A stretch of DNA of 46,499 nucleotides from assembly GCA_018398765.1 (NCBI GenBank), contig JAHBMJ010000486.1, forward strand, positions 1 to 46,499, in the 5' to 3' direction. Both the position numbers and the translations under genes were made by a program. The notes under the pieces were generated by a model. The model saw only the letters and a program-made list of their open reading frames with translations, was not told the DNA's origin and did no database searches. The DNA is from Chromera velia (taxonomy: Eukaryota). Below are positions 25,264-38,594 of this stretch, piece after piece (within the stretch, counting starts at the first letter, position 1; each line of letters begins with the position of its first letter).

Positions 25264-28200
25264 ATGGACAGCGACGAAGAATTCGAGTATGAGTCCGAGG
25301 ACGGATTTCAGGACGATGACCAAGGAGACGAGGACGCCATTCAAATTGAAAACGCTTACTACGAGGCAGACGACAACAAGGCTTCGAGGCCTGAAGAGGT
25401 CCGCTCCCTTCGTATTGCTCTATTGTTCTACTCCGCCAACCCCGTCTGCCTATTTGGCTATTTCCCCCAAATTCCCACGCACCCACATCTTTCGGATCCC
25501 TTTCCCTTCCCGTCCAATCAAGAAGAAGATTCACCCTTCCACGCACAGATCGTCGACCCAATCTAGAATCCTCTCTAGAAAATATTGCAGGTCATTTCAT
25601 GATCTCACTGTCGTTGTGCGCAGTGACACAATTCTAAGGAACCCGCCTCTGTCCTCTCTGGCTTTCTTCCTTCCATCCTTCCTTCTTGCAGGCTCTGAAG
25701 CAATTCGAGCAGGTTGTCGAGATGGAGACGGCCAGAGGCTCCGAGGTGGTCTGGAGATTCAAGTCCCTCCAGGCGATTGTCATTCTCTGTGCGCGTCTTG
25801 GAAGGCTGTCTGACATGGCCGAGCGCTACAAAGATTTGCTGTCGTACATGGATCAGGTGACTCGGAACGACGCCTCCGAGGCCATCAACAATGTTTTGGA
25901 CGCCGTCTCTCAGTGCGCAGAGAACCAGAGTCAACAACAGCCGGAGAGTGGGGACACAGACATGACAGGGGAGGGGGGGGCAGGCGGGGGCTCAGGGTCG
26001 TCCCACCTGGAAACAGTCTACTCTTTGACTTTGGATGCTCTCAAGAAGAGCGCCAATCATGTGAGTGTCAGACTGAGTCCTTGATTGAGATGGGGAAATT
26101 CATAGGCCCGTCTGTGTGCATGCATACAGGGGCCTCCATCGTGGTGAAGTTCTGAATGCAGAGAATACAAATATGTTCGCTGTCGCTTTTTCTTCGAACA
26201 CAGATGTTCAGAGACGAGTCTTTGTGATTGTATTCACATGACGGACGCAGAGCCGCACCATCCACAAAGTGATGCCCCAACAGGAACTCTTTGTCTGTCT
26301 GTCTTTCTGTTTGGACCGGTCCTTTCACCTCCCTTTGATTTCACAAATCAATGAGAAGAAAGAGAAAAGAAAGAAGGTCCCTCGTGGGTGTCTGTTCCCT
26401 GCACTGATCTGCCAATGAATGCCCATCTGCCAATGAATGCCTCTGCAGCGATTGTGGTTCAACACCTCTGTGAAATTGGCAAAACTGTACCTGGAGAGGG
26501 AGAATCTCGTGGCTCTTCAGAAGAAGTTGAGGGAGCTCCACGACCAGTGTCTAGATGCAGAGGGAAGAGACGATGTGCAGGTGGGTGAGGGTGAGGGGGG
26601 CCCTGCAGCAGGGAAAGGTCACCGAACTGAAATCAGCATTCACTCTTGTTGAATTGTAGAAGCCGCACCTACCCGGCTGTGACTCTAGAACTGGACAGCA
26701 TGAGAAGGAAACAGACAGACCGCACCCATTTGCGTTCCCCTCTCTACCTGCTCAAGCCCTCCCTCATGATGTGAAAGAAAGAAAAAAAATCCAACCGGGC
26801 AAATCGATGAATGAATGATTGATCATTTGTGCGTGCGTTACGAATCTCTCTCACTCTCTCATCAGGATGAGAGGAGAGGAGAGGGGGATGTCTGAGATCC
26901 AAAGGGAAGGAAGGAAGCAATGAAGAATGGAATGAGTGTGCGCTCCTCCCAAGAGCGTCCCCCCCCCTTCCTCCGTGAGTGAGAGCGCGAAAAAATGAAT
27001 TAATGAATGAATGATTGAGTGCGTGAACAAATGAATGAATGATTGAGTGCGTGAATAAATGAATAAATGATTGAGTTCGTGAATAAATGAATGAATGATT
27101 GAGTGCGTGAATAAATGAATGAATGATTGAGTGCGTGAATAAATGAATGAATGATTGAATGAATGAATGAGTGCGTGAATAAATGAATGAATGAATGAAT
27201 GAATGATTGAATGAATGAATGAATGAATGAATGCAAACAAAAAAAACAGACGAAGGGATCCCAGCTACTGGAGCTCTACGCGTTGGAGATTCAGATGTGT
27301 GCGAGGACGAAGAACGCTTTAAGGATGAAGGAGATCTACCCGAAGACCATCAACCTGACCAGCGCCATCGCAGACCCCCGTAACGTCGCGGTCATTAGAG
27401 AGTCGGGGGGGAAGGTCAGTCAGTCAGTCAGTGGGTAAGTGGGTGGGTGGTGCGTCGGCTGGATGGATGATTGTCGGTTTGTCTGTCTGGCTGGCTGGCA
27501 AGTGTGTGGCAGGTTTCTCTCTCCTCGTGGACTGTCCACTTCATTCGATTTCCCCCCTCTGTTCGTGTATGCGGGGAAGTGGGGGGGAGGGGAGTGAGGG
27601 AGAAGACTGGGTACTAGCGGAATGAAGCGTCGACTTGAGCTTTATTCCCCTACGCCTGCTTAGCTCCTCCCTTCATTCGTTCCTTGCCTCCCTTCTGATT
27701 TTTCTTCTCTTCCTTCCTGTTTCCTTTCCCGCCTTTCTGTCTGTTCTCCCGCCCTCTGTCCCTTCACTTTCGTTCGCTGGCTCTGTATGTCTTCTTATTG
27801 AAGAAGCTCTTCCTTCTCGCCTGCTCTGCTCCCTCTTCGCGTTACCGTGCCTTACCTGTCTGTCATAGAGACTGGCTGTTGCAGATGTACATGACGGAGA
27901 AGAAGTGGATGGCTGCGTACAACGAATTTCTGGAGGCCTTCAAGAACTTCCAGGAAACTGGAAACGCACCGTCAGTCAACCAGTCATTCAGTCGGGGTGT
28001 ACACAAGTTTGTCTTTTTGCTTAGTCTGCAGCTCTCTTCCTGCGGTTGTTTTCTCTCTTTTGTGCTGACTTCCTTTTTACCACCACACTCTCTCCATCAT
28101 TCGTTTGTTTGGCCCTGTTGTCCGTCCTGAGTCAGGGCGCATACTGACAACACACCCGCACGGAAAACACTTAAGTAATCATATATAGAAGGACACAAAC

Positions 28201-28522
28201 GACATTTCGCTTCCACCAAAATTCTGCTGCTGTTCTCTGGCTGCCGTGGTTGCCGTTCTTTCCTTTTTGGACTCTCGCTCTTGATTCCCTTCCTCTGGCG
28301 ATGTTTCCTCTGAGTGAGTGCTTTGACTGCAGGAGGGCCAAAATGATGCTGAAGTGCGTGGTGCTTGCCAACATGCTGGCTCTGTCGGACATCAACCCTT
28401 TTGATTCCCGAGAAGCCAAAGTTTACCAAGTCAGTCAGTTCTTCTCTTTGTTCTCTCTTTCGTTTGTTGTTTCGTTCATTTAGTGTCTGGGTCTCCAGTC
28501 TGTGCACCTCTGTATATGTCTG

Positions 28523-28561
<39 letters not shown>

Positions 28562-30846
28562 CTTTCTGTCTCTCTGTCTGTTTTTGTATGTGTGTCGCTC
28601 CATAGGGACTTGCAGACGCGCTTCCTTTCTTATCCATCACTGCACACAGTCAAATTGAATGCATTCTTTGGGGGATGACCGTCATCTCTTCCTTCATTCT
28701 CTCCGTCGGACCGGTCGGCGGGTGCGTGTGTGTGTTTCACTTGGCCTTTCTCTCTCAATGTTCGTGTCTCTCTTTTTGTGTGCCTGCCTGCTGTGTGAAT
28801 GAGTGAGTCTCTTACTTTTTCTCTCTCTTTCAGGAGGATCCCGAGATTGCCGCCATGAGCCAGCTGCGGATGGCTTTCGACAGCAAGGACGTGAAGACGG
28901 TTGACAAGGTTCGTTCGTTCGTTCGTTCATTGGTGTGTTTTGTCTGTCCGTCTGTCTCTTCTCGCACCCCCTCCTCTGCCTCTCTCTCTCTTTCTCTTTC
29001 ATCTCTCCCCCCCCCCCTCTCTCTCTCTGTGTGTGTGTGTGTCTGTGTGTGTGTGTGTGTGTGAGAGAGAGAGTGTGTGTGCGCGCGCGCTGCGTGCGAG
29101 TACACATGTGTAGCTGAGTGTGCCTGTGTGGGTACGTGCGTGCAGATCCTGAAGGACCCCAGATACAAGATTGTTTCGGACTCTTTCCTCAGGCTCTACG
29201 TCGAAGACCTCCTTCGGAATATTCGGTCCGTCAGTCAGTCAGTCAGCCTGCCCAGTCAACGGCTCGAAGGAAGGCAGGGAGGTAGCTCTCAGAAGGTGGT
29301 GAGAGTTACGCGAAAAGAAAGGATGAAACCATTCGCCCTCGACCACGTACGCCGCTGTCAAAGGCAATTGACCCATGGGGTCTTTTTGACCACCAATGAC
29401 AAAACACGCGTGCGTCAGCGGGTGGAGAAAGAAAACAAAAGAAAAGACACCAGATCGATCGACATGAACGAGGACAGGATGGGGAGGGAACGTCCACTCA
29501 GGGGTGGGTGGGTGGGTGCATGGTCATCACGTCCTGCCTGCCTGCCTGCCTGCCAGGTGATGAAGGAGAGAAGATCCTCAATTTATTCATTCATTCATCC
29601 ATTTACGGGTACACCCACCCACCTTTTTACCTCCCTGCGTATCCCTCCCTGCTTAAGTGCCCCCCCCTCCGGCACGTGTGTGTTCTTTCTTGTTGCCATC
29701 CATGCATACATCCGTCGTTGCCTGCCTGCAGCCTGACTGTTCTGGAGAGCATCCTGCAGCCTTACAGAAGTGCCCGGTTGGACTTTCTCTGTCAGGTGGG
29801 GGAGGTGCAGCTTTCTGCGTGATAGGGTGATGCAGCCATCACAGTTCGTTTGTGTATGTCGTCAGTATCCTTGGTTGTCGTGGTGTTCTTTTCATCCAAT
29901 CAAACGGCGTTTTTGTGTTTGTTTTTCTATCCCTCATACAGAAAGAAAGAAGAAGATAGTCACCCAGAGGAGAAGGATCTCACCCGTAGCAGACCAGACT
30001 TTTTTCGCGCGAATGTTTGAAGCTGTTTGGGGTTCTTGTCACTGCGCGCTGCTTTCTTCTTCGTGCCATTTGGCAGTCTCTTTCTTTCTTTCTTTTCTTT
30101 TCTTTTTTTCTTTCTTTCTTTCTTTCAGTGTATCTATGTGTGCGTGCGTGTATGCCTTGCCGCTGCAGGAGCTGAACGTGTCCCGAGAGGAGTTGACCTC
30201 TCTGCTGGTGCAGGTCTGTCTGTCTGTCTGGTAGGTAGAGAGAAGGGGGGAAGAAGGGAAGAGCAAGGGAGGATACTGAGCCTTTTTTCTTATGTTTCGC
30301 CCCTCCTGACTTGAATTGAATGAATGCTTTTGTCTCCTTTTTTTGGTTTTGCCCTCCGCCGATCCTTCCTTTTTCTTTTGTTCAAAACGAGCGTCTGAAC
30401 CGACACGCATGTCAGAGGCAGGACACCGAACGGGCGGACGTTCAAACAGAAAGACAAAATGCGAAGAACAAGAAAAAAGGAAGGAAGGCAGTTGCATGGA
30501 GGGACTTCCATGTGATTCCAGCCAGCCAACAGGCAGAGAGGAGCCCACTAAATTTTGAGACGACTGCGTGTGAGTTGGTATGAAGAAATTCGAATTTATT
30601 TTTTCTGGCTGTTTTGAAGAAAGCCGAAGAGAAACAACAAAGAGACCCCGATGGTTGTTTTGCCATGGTCGACATACTGCGTGAGGAACATGTGAGTGTA
30701 TGAGTGAATGGAGTTTATTTTATGTAAGCATTTGTGTGTGTATGTGTGTGTGTGTGTGTGTGCGCATGGACGCAGTTGATTCTGGATGAGAAGCTTGGAG
30801 GAGGAATCGACGATGTCAACGGTTTCGTCGAGGTCTGTCTTGTCTG

Positions 30847-30896
<50 letters not shown>

Positions 30897-31259
30897 TATC
30901 TATCTGTTTGTGTCTGTCTGTCTGTCACTTTGTCTGAGTTGTCGTGATGTTCTTTTGTCTTCGGTGCTTTCCTTCTTTTTGTCTGTTGTGTTCATGAAGA
31001 AAGGGAGAGAACGAAACCATAGAGTCTGTCTGTCAGAAGAGAAGGGAGAAGAAGAAGCATATAGTCAGTTTGTGTGTCCCGATATATGCCTTCTTTTTTT
31101 CTTTGCAATCTCCGCTATCTTTCTTTTTATATACCAATCCACGGAGGCGCTTTTGCTCTGTTTCGGGTGTGTAACCGCAGCAACGAAGGGGAGCTCGAAA
31201 AATTCGAGTTCGTGTCTTGAGGAATCACGCAGTGATGTATTGATGTGTTGATGATGGAC

Positions 31260-31339
<80 letters not shown>

Positions 31340-31456
31340 CTGTATGGCCAAAGCAGCCGGAGGGGGAGATACGGAGAGACGGAGAGGTGGTCAAAGACTC
31401 TCCGGAGGGTTGTGGGGGCCCTGCATCACAGGCTGGAGCACGTTACCGGGGTGTGA
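25264..31456 (+). CDS. CSN2: COP9 signalosome complex subunit 2 (PCI domain), 12 exons
   Basis: Exons 25264-25398, 25692-26060, 26449-26580, 27250-27414, 27885-27970, 28333-28429, 28834-28908, 29146-29225, 29732-29795, 30169-30213, 30776-30832 and 31340-31456. Motifs: acidic N-terminus, IENAYY, RLWFNTSVKLAKLY, KGSQLLELYALEIQM, VIRESGGKM, FLEAFKNF, VLANML...INPFDSREAK, LLRNIR, LILD..L.G.ID.VNG. Confidence 0.95.
26995..27233. repeat. Intronic about 28-bp minisatellite grading into (TGAA)n
   Basis: aatgaatgaatgattgagtgcgtgaata units within CSN2 intron 3. Confidence 0.9.
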
Positions 31457-32677
31457 GGGGAGGGGAGGGGAGCTAGGGGAAGGAGGGGGGTGAGGTGGTC
31501 ATGTGGACTGAGAGCGTGAGCAGGCGGCGGGGTGTCTTTCTCTCTTTCTCTCTCTCTTCTTGTCTTCCTGTATTGCTTCCATTCTGTCTCTACGACTTGT
31601 TTGCTTTCTATCTTACTTTCTTACTTCCTTACTTGGAGAGGGCAAGGAGCGACTTTGGCAGTTGGGGTTCTGATTTGATTGACTGTTCCTTCCGTTTTCT
31701 CTTGGGAGGGGTTCGTTCAGTCGTCTGTTGGTTGGTGAGATCGCAAGACGTCAACAGGCGTGAGAGAGACAAGTTAAAGGGTCGAGGTCAGGAATGCATG
31801 TCTGCGCATGGATGGATGCAATCAAATCGAATGCCCATGCATCGATCCATGCAGCCTTGTCGCTTTTGAATTTAATTCAGCTGGGAGGGGATTGGGCAGC
31901 AAAGCGAAGGAAGATGCAGTGCTGCATGTAGAAGACGGAGGGTTGAAGGCGGACTCCCTAGCGGAGAATGATCAGTCTGAGAAGACGTACATAGTTGGAA
32001 CCTCGGAATCTGCCTGAGCAGAGAGTTTGATGATTAAGCTAGCTAGTGACAAACTTAAAAGTTCACTGGAAGAATGAGTGGAATTTAATGCTAGATTTAA
32101 TACCAGGAATGTAGCTAACTTAATTAGCCTTAGTGCAGCTTTTTGTATACATGCATATCACAGAATCACAAAAAAAAAAAACAATCTCGCTCTAGATCTC
32201 GCTATTGAATGCTATTATTAGCCTATTAAATCTTTGCGAATGATTTTATGTCAAAATTATTGTTTTTTTCTAGTTTTTTCTAAAGATTTTTTTGTTTTAA
32301 ACTTAAACTAAAAGATACGCTTTAACAACTGTTGTTTGTACTTAATTCTTTATACGTGTTACTTGCAGAAGTGCTAGCAAAAATGTTGCAACTTACAACT
32401 ATCAGGTTAAAAAAAAATCTTTCTGGCTATGTATGGCAAGATATGAATGATGCCTAGGATCACGTCAGGTATTGTCAGCAATTATATCATTGGTCTTAAT
32501 ACTTCTTTCATTATACACTAGGTTATACAGCGGACTGAGCGCATAAAACTGTCAGTGTGTAGTATAGCGTAACACATCACATGATGATTATGATGAATAT
32601 GAATCATAATGATTCAGTATGATTCAGCAATCTCTCAGTAGTACTACATATATGTCTAGATATATGCCGCCTAGTAA

Positions 32678-32718
32678 TATATATATATATATATATATAG
32701 AATGATTTTTTTTGAATG

Positions 32719-32754
<36 letters not shown>
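32678..32754. repeat. (TA)n microsatellites
   Basis: Two (TA)n runs. Confidence 0.9.
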
Positions 32755-32756
<2 letters not shown>

Positions 32757-34140
32757 TTAGTAGTTGAAGTATAGGGTACTAAGATCGAGCAAATGGACAA
32801 GGACCGCCAGTAGCATCATTGCCGCCATTTCTGTCGAGAGCCGCCTTCCCTCAACTGCCATAATGCAGTTGCTGCCTAGACCGCACTGAGCCGTCAGTGC
32901 ATCAACTGCTCGCAGCTGCTTTCCGGGCCACCACAAGCTGAGAGTGCCACAACTTTTCTACTGCGACGTCCCCTGTCTGCTCGCTAAGGATTACTGAGGA
33001 AGGCAAGGTTTCGGAAGTGCTTCTTTAGGGGGAGGGGATTCTTCATGACTCTTACATCTGTGTTTGGCCGTCTCCGTTTCTTCTGCCGGCCAACGTCTAT
33101 CCGTGCATACACCAGAGTATGGGGGGGATGCAAGGACGCTCCGCTGAGTTGCGAATATAAAGTTTGCAGTGTTTGTTTTCTTTTGTTAGGCAGTGAGTGC
33201 AAACTGTGCATGTGATCGAACTCTTTGATAGAGAAGGATACAAGGCACGATTTGTTCTATCTTTCTGTACAGCCACTGCATGGATTCTTTCTTTCCCTGT
33301 TGCTTTTCCAGTGTTGTGAAGCGCTCATCTTTTAAAAGGCAACAGACAGCCAGACCTAAGAGGCAGGCCAAAGAAAAGCAGACTTAAAAGGCAGGCCGAA
33401 GATAGACAGTCTTGTGATGCCTAGCCCTCTAACCTTGTTCTTGTGATGCCTAGCCCTCTGTCTCTCTGCTATCCTTTCATGTGTGCTCTTCAATCTTCAA
33501 CACTGGCAGGCAAGTGAAAGCAAGAAAAGATTTCATTGGCTCTCAGGCAGTCAGACCAAAAGGCTGTTTCATTCCCTTTGTCTTTATCTTTCCCTGGTGT
33601 TTCGCTTCCGTTTCTTTCTCTTTGCAAAGCTTGCATAGAAACGTAATCAAGGGGGGGAGTTGAAGTATAGGGTACCAGCCTGCCACGTATCCATGCTTGC
33701 TTCTAGACCTGGTGGGCCGAGCGTGCAGGCCGTGCCGCGTGGTGCCGAAGCGCCGTGCTGGCCGGGATAGGATTGCCGCGCGCGCATTCGATTTTGTACG
33801 ATTTGTGCCGCGCGCATTCAGCACCAGCCAGTTCAGATCGATTCACTTCGTGCAGCACTAGCTGATCGAATGCCTTTCGGCTGTTCGTTCTACTCTGCCT
33901 TGACGGAATTATGAAGTAGTTCCACCATCATGGAGATCTAGCTCTGCATTCCGTTTGACCATCATTTTGTTATTCTCTTTTTTAGTATGCTAAATATACA
34001 GATACAAAGAAGATGTCATTTAATGACAAGTTAATTCATCACACTCTCACTACTTGATGTTATTTCACTGCGGTGATATAATTGATATTTCAAGTATATA
34101 GTAGCTATATTCAGTATACTGCTAATGTATCGGCACGACG

Positions 34141-35086
34141 TCATATGTGTCCATTCTGGTTCTTTTCGACTTCTGTACGAGCCGCAGCCATGACTTCCTC
34201 TTCAGAATATTCATTGTATTTCCGACTGGATCCTGCAATCACAAGGTCAGAGAGAAAAGCTGAAGTACTGCTAGAAGTACTGTACGTACTACAAAAGAAA
34301 AGGTTGCGCTGCAAGGCAAAAACAGCTTATCCACACAGTAAAAAGAATAACGGCGATCTCGTCACTCCGATTCGACGCGTGAATACATGAATGGGTGCAG
34401 AGGGTTGCTTTCGAATCGATCGAGGCACATGAACCGTCGAGTGGGTGTTTTTCTTCTTCCTTCGTTACTTACTTACTTGCTTCCGTGCTTTATTTCTGTT
34501 CGTCCTCTCCTTTCCTTTCGTTTCCTTTCCTCTCCTTCCTTCCTGCCTGCCTGCCTGGTTTCCTTCCTTTCTTTCCTTCTTTCTTTCTTTTTTTTTGTCT
34601 TCTGCTGTTCCTTTTTCCTCATTTCAGTCATCCGGGCCATCCATTCATTTGCTCCCTCACTTACTCGGTCCTTTTCTCTCCTTCTTTCTCTTTACTGTGG
34701 GTGTTTTTTGTGCTCGTGTCTGTCAGATTGCATATCCTCTCGCGATCGATTGCTATTTCATTTCGTTCCACTGTGTACGTTCTGAGGGATACTTGGCCTA
34801 CTACATACCTCACTCACTTCACACAGACGTGCGGACATGCAGACATACCTTTGGTCAGTTTTGCAGGATACTTTCGCGCATTCTTTTGGAGTTTTTGGCT
34901 GACAGCCTCCGAGAGGTCCACTCCACAACGGTCGGCCAATCTGAAAGGAAGGAAACACGGGCGGCCAGTTTAAAGGGAGACAGACACAGACAGAAAGGCA
35001 GGCAGGCAGGCAGGTAGATAGGCAAGAACACAGGCAAAAAACAAGGGAAATTCATGTGTGTGCGTCTCTCTCTCTCTCTCTCTCTC

Positions 35087-35120
<34 letters not shown>

Positions 35121-36888
35121 TGAGTGAGTGAGTGAGTGTGTGTGTGTGAGTGTGTGTGTTCCCTTCCTTTCACTTGCAGACCAAGTAGACTCCCATGCAG
35201 ACACAGAGCAGAGACGACACAAGCTCGTCAGTTCCTTCGGCGTTCTTTTTATCCTTTTCTTTCATGGCGTTCCTTGACTTCCACCCCTCCCCTCCCCTCC
35301 CCTCCTCTGGATCATGCAGCTGTCAGACAGACAGACCTGACGAGGTACATGAGACAGTCAGAGATCTCTTCTCCCACGTGGAACTGCATACATGCGTGCG
35401 TGTGCATGATAGGCTGCCAGGACATGTCCCACTCGAGGAACAGAGAGGAAGAAAGTAGGTAGAGGGAACCGAAGAGTCCCTTGAGAAAGCAATCAATTCG
35501 TTTTCTGTGCTGGTGTTTGTTGCCACAATCAACTAGACAAATGAAAGGCAGAGCGAGAAAATGGATCGCTGTTGGGGCCGCAGGGAAAGAGGGAGAGAGA
35601 GGGGGAAAGAGAGAGAGAGAGCGTTTTGTGGAGGGACTCGGAGCGCATGTATGCAGCTGTCTATTTAGTCTGGTAGTCTCAGTGCATGCATGTGTCATTC
35701 TTTGTGCCTGTTCTGGTCGGCAGCTCAGAGTGTTTCCCTGTCTTCCACCTGTTCTTCCATGTCCGCGTCGATGTTTCTGCCTTTTCTTTTTTCCTGTCTC
35801 TTCACGCGGGGCCCTCCCTCCCACAGAAGAGGAGAGGTTTTTTCTCTTTCTCTGCATAAAGTCTCGTTAGGCCTGGAGAGGCACAAAGAGTGGGGGGTAC
35901 CTTATCCAGCGTTTTTCTTTTATTTTCTCTTCTTTCCTTTTCTTCTCTTCTCTTCTCTTGTCCTTCTTTTCTGTCTGACCTTCTCTTCTTCCCTGAAGTC
36001 CGGCAGCCCCGGCTGCACCTCCCCCTTCCATTGGAAGATCTCAGACAGCTCCCCCACCTCCCCCACCAGCGCACACAACAGATTCCTCGGAGTGTGGAAC
36101 TGGTCCCTGAAGGCAGACAGACAGGACCTCTGAGAGACATACAGCAGTGTCAGATGGATCTCCAAGGAGAGGAGAAGAGAAAACACGCTGGGCCGTCTCA
36201 CTACCGCAACTAATCCGGCAGTCCATTCTCCGACTACAGATGGGCCGACTCGGCCAATTTCGAGGCACCCGCGATTCAGCACGAAGCGAGAAAACACTAA
36301 GATGCAAGCAAATTCTGTTCGAGTCCAGCTCTTTATCATCCCTGCCTTCTGTTTGCATGCCGAAGAGAGAACACCCCGAAATAGGCCACCTCGATCCTCC
36401 TCATGCATGCACTTGCGCTCAAACAAGCGAACAAGGAATTTAAGAGGCATCCAGAAAGATATTTAATTGAACTGAATGAAAAAAAGAACTCCGAGAGCTG
36501 CAGACACAGAGAAGACCAAGGGGACTTGGCAGACGTGCACGAGCGCACTTCTCTCCCACTTTCTGTCCTTTCATAAACTTTAGGGGGATTGTCGGACAGA
36601 GAGAGAGACAGAGAAAGATCAGAGAGAGAAATTGTGAAGCGGCCCAGTACGGTTGAAGTGCACCGAATCAAAATTGAGTGAATAAAATCAACGCCCAAGA
36701 AAGCAAGAAAGAAATGCGCGGCCTCACCAGTCTCGTTCTACAGCAAAATTTCTGAGACAATCTCTGAGCTCCTCTAGGGTGAGAGGGGACGGAGGGGCGG
36801 CGGGAGAAGAAGAAGGAAGAGAACCAGAACCGTCCGTCGGCCCCGTCTCCTTCTCTCCCTCAACTGCTCTTGCTGTGCTTGCACTCAT
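34141..36888 (-). CDS. DCTPP1: dCTP pyrophosphatase 1 (MazG-like all-alpha NTP pyrophosphatase), 5 exons
   Basis: Exons 36888-36728, 36106-35980, 35383-35337, 34940-34849 and 34232-34141. Motifs: FAVERDWDQFHTPRNLLCALVGEVGELSEIFQWKGE, HVGEEISDCLMYLVRLADRCGVDL, KNARKYP, GSSRKY. Confidence 0.95.
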
Positions 36889-37322
36889 CTTCAGATTTTG
36901 ATGATTTTCCTCCTTCAGTCGACGCCTTACCACATGGCACTGATATCAAGCTGTAGAAGGCTACAACATGCTATGAATATGACGAACAGCAAGATCCGAC
37001 ACCAATATTGATAGTCAGACTAACTCAAATCTCCTGGCATGCAGCACGGAGCTCTGTGACGGCCGCGGAGCTTGCATGGGTCCGACCAAACTTTGCGCGC
37101 GCGGGCCGACAACGTTCGCGTATGCATGGGCCGGGCACTGGGCCCGCTTGAAATCCCGGCCGTCCAGCAGAGTAAACCGGCCCCAAATGTGTGTGAGCTC
37201 AGCTCTGATCGACGTTGACAAACCATTGAGAAGAGCTTCTGGGCAAGAAGAGAAGGAAGGGCGTAGAGGGAATAGGGACACGGAGCTCGAGTACTGAAGA
37301 GAAGACACAAAGAAGCAGAGCA
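36889..37322. promoter_or_regulatory. Divergent (head-to-head) intergenic region, DCTPP1 / sufD
   Basis: 434 bp between opposed ATGs, with a CG-rich core (gcgcgcgcgg, repeated ggccg/gcatg). Confidence 0.6.
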
Positions 37323-38464
37323 ATGCCTAACATGAAGGAACCCCTATCAACCCGTTTGTTAGCTCTTCTTTCCCTGTGGCTGGGCTTCTGTCGGCAGTCT
37401 GCGTTTGGCTTTCGTCCCCTTTTCTCAGGCAGTGCATCGAGGGGGACGTGGAAGGTGAGGAGACGGGAGGAGAAGGAAGGGCGGCAAGAAGTTGTTCGTG
37501 CTCATGTGGTGGCGTCTCCTTTTGCTTTTGACGCGTAGAGTGAGGAGAGTGAAGGTCCACTGCTCTCGTTCACTCTTTCTTTCTTTCGCCTCCTCTTTCT
37601 TCTGTCCTTTCGAATGGAAGCCACAAGGTTCTCACAGAGAGCTCCCGCCCCTACACGCTTCTATTCAGCTCTCAGAGAAGGGTGATGAGAAGGAGACGGG
37701 GACGGGAAGGGAATGCGTGCGTCAATTGGAGGGCGCATCTCTCACCCGCCCTTTCCCCTTCTTCCTCCCCCTTCTCCTCCGCCCCCTCCCCTTCTCTTCC
37801 TGTGCAGAAGCGTATCAGAATGACAACATAAAGTGTAACCCTAGGGGATGAAACAGCAGGACTGCGTGACCCTCTAGTCCAACGCCCTGCGTGGCCCCTT
37901 GCTGTTTGTCTCCTGACTTCTTCCCCACCCCCCCTGCGTGCATGCAGAGATCTTCTTCCTCCCCTTCAGCGCTTCTGGTCGAGCGAGAGACGGCCGCTGT
38001 GCCCCCGTCCCCAGCAGGGGAACCCACCACCCCCCTGGCAGCCCCCGTTTTGGATCTCGAGGGAGAGGCTGCCCCCAAGACGACGCTGATCGAGGAAGGC
38101 GCCCTCCATCTGAGGGAATACCCAGGGGGTCTGTCTGCGTGCGTGCGTCCGTCCGTGCGTGCGTGCATGCGTGTGTTCTGTTTTCTCCTCTCTCTTTTCT
38201 TTTTAGGGGGCGGACTCTGTGCGTGTCTGGTTGCGGGTGTGCATGCGTGTCTGTGGCCCTGTCAGCCGCAGGTGTATGCGTCTGCATATTTGTGTGTGCA
38301 GACACGGGAAAGTGAATTCTCTCTCTCTCTCTCTTTCTCTCCCCCTCTCCCTCCCTCTCCCTCTCCCCCTCTCTCTCTCTCTCTCTCTCCCTCCTCTCCC
38401 TCTCTCTGTGCTCTCTCTCTCTCTCCCTCTCTCTGTGCTCTCTCTCTCTCTCCCTCTCTCTGTG

Positions 38465-38502
<38 letters not shown>

Positions 38503-38532
38503 GTGTTCTCTCTGTCTCTCCCTCTCTCTGTG

Positions 38533-38594
<62 letters not shown>

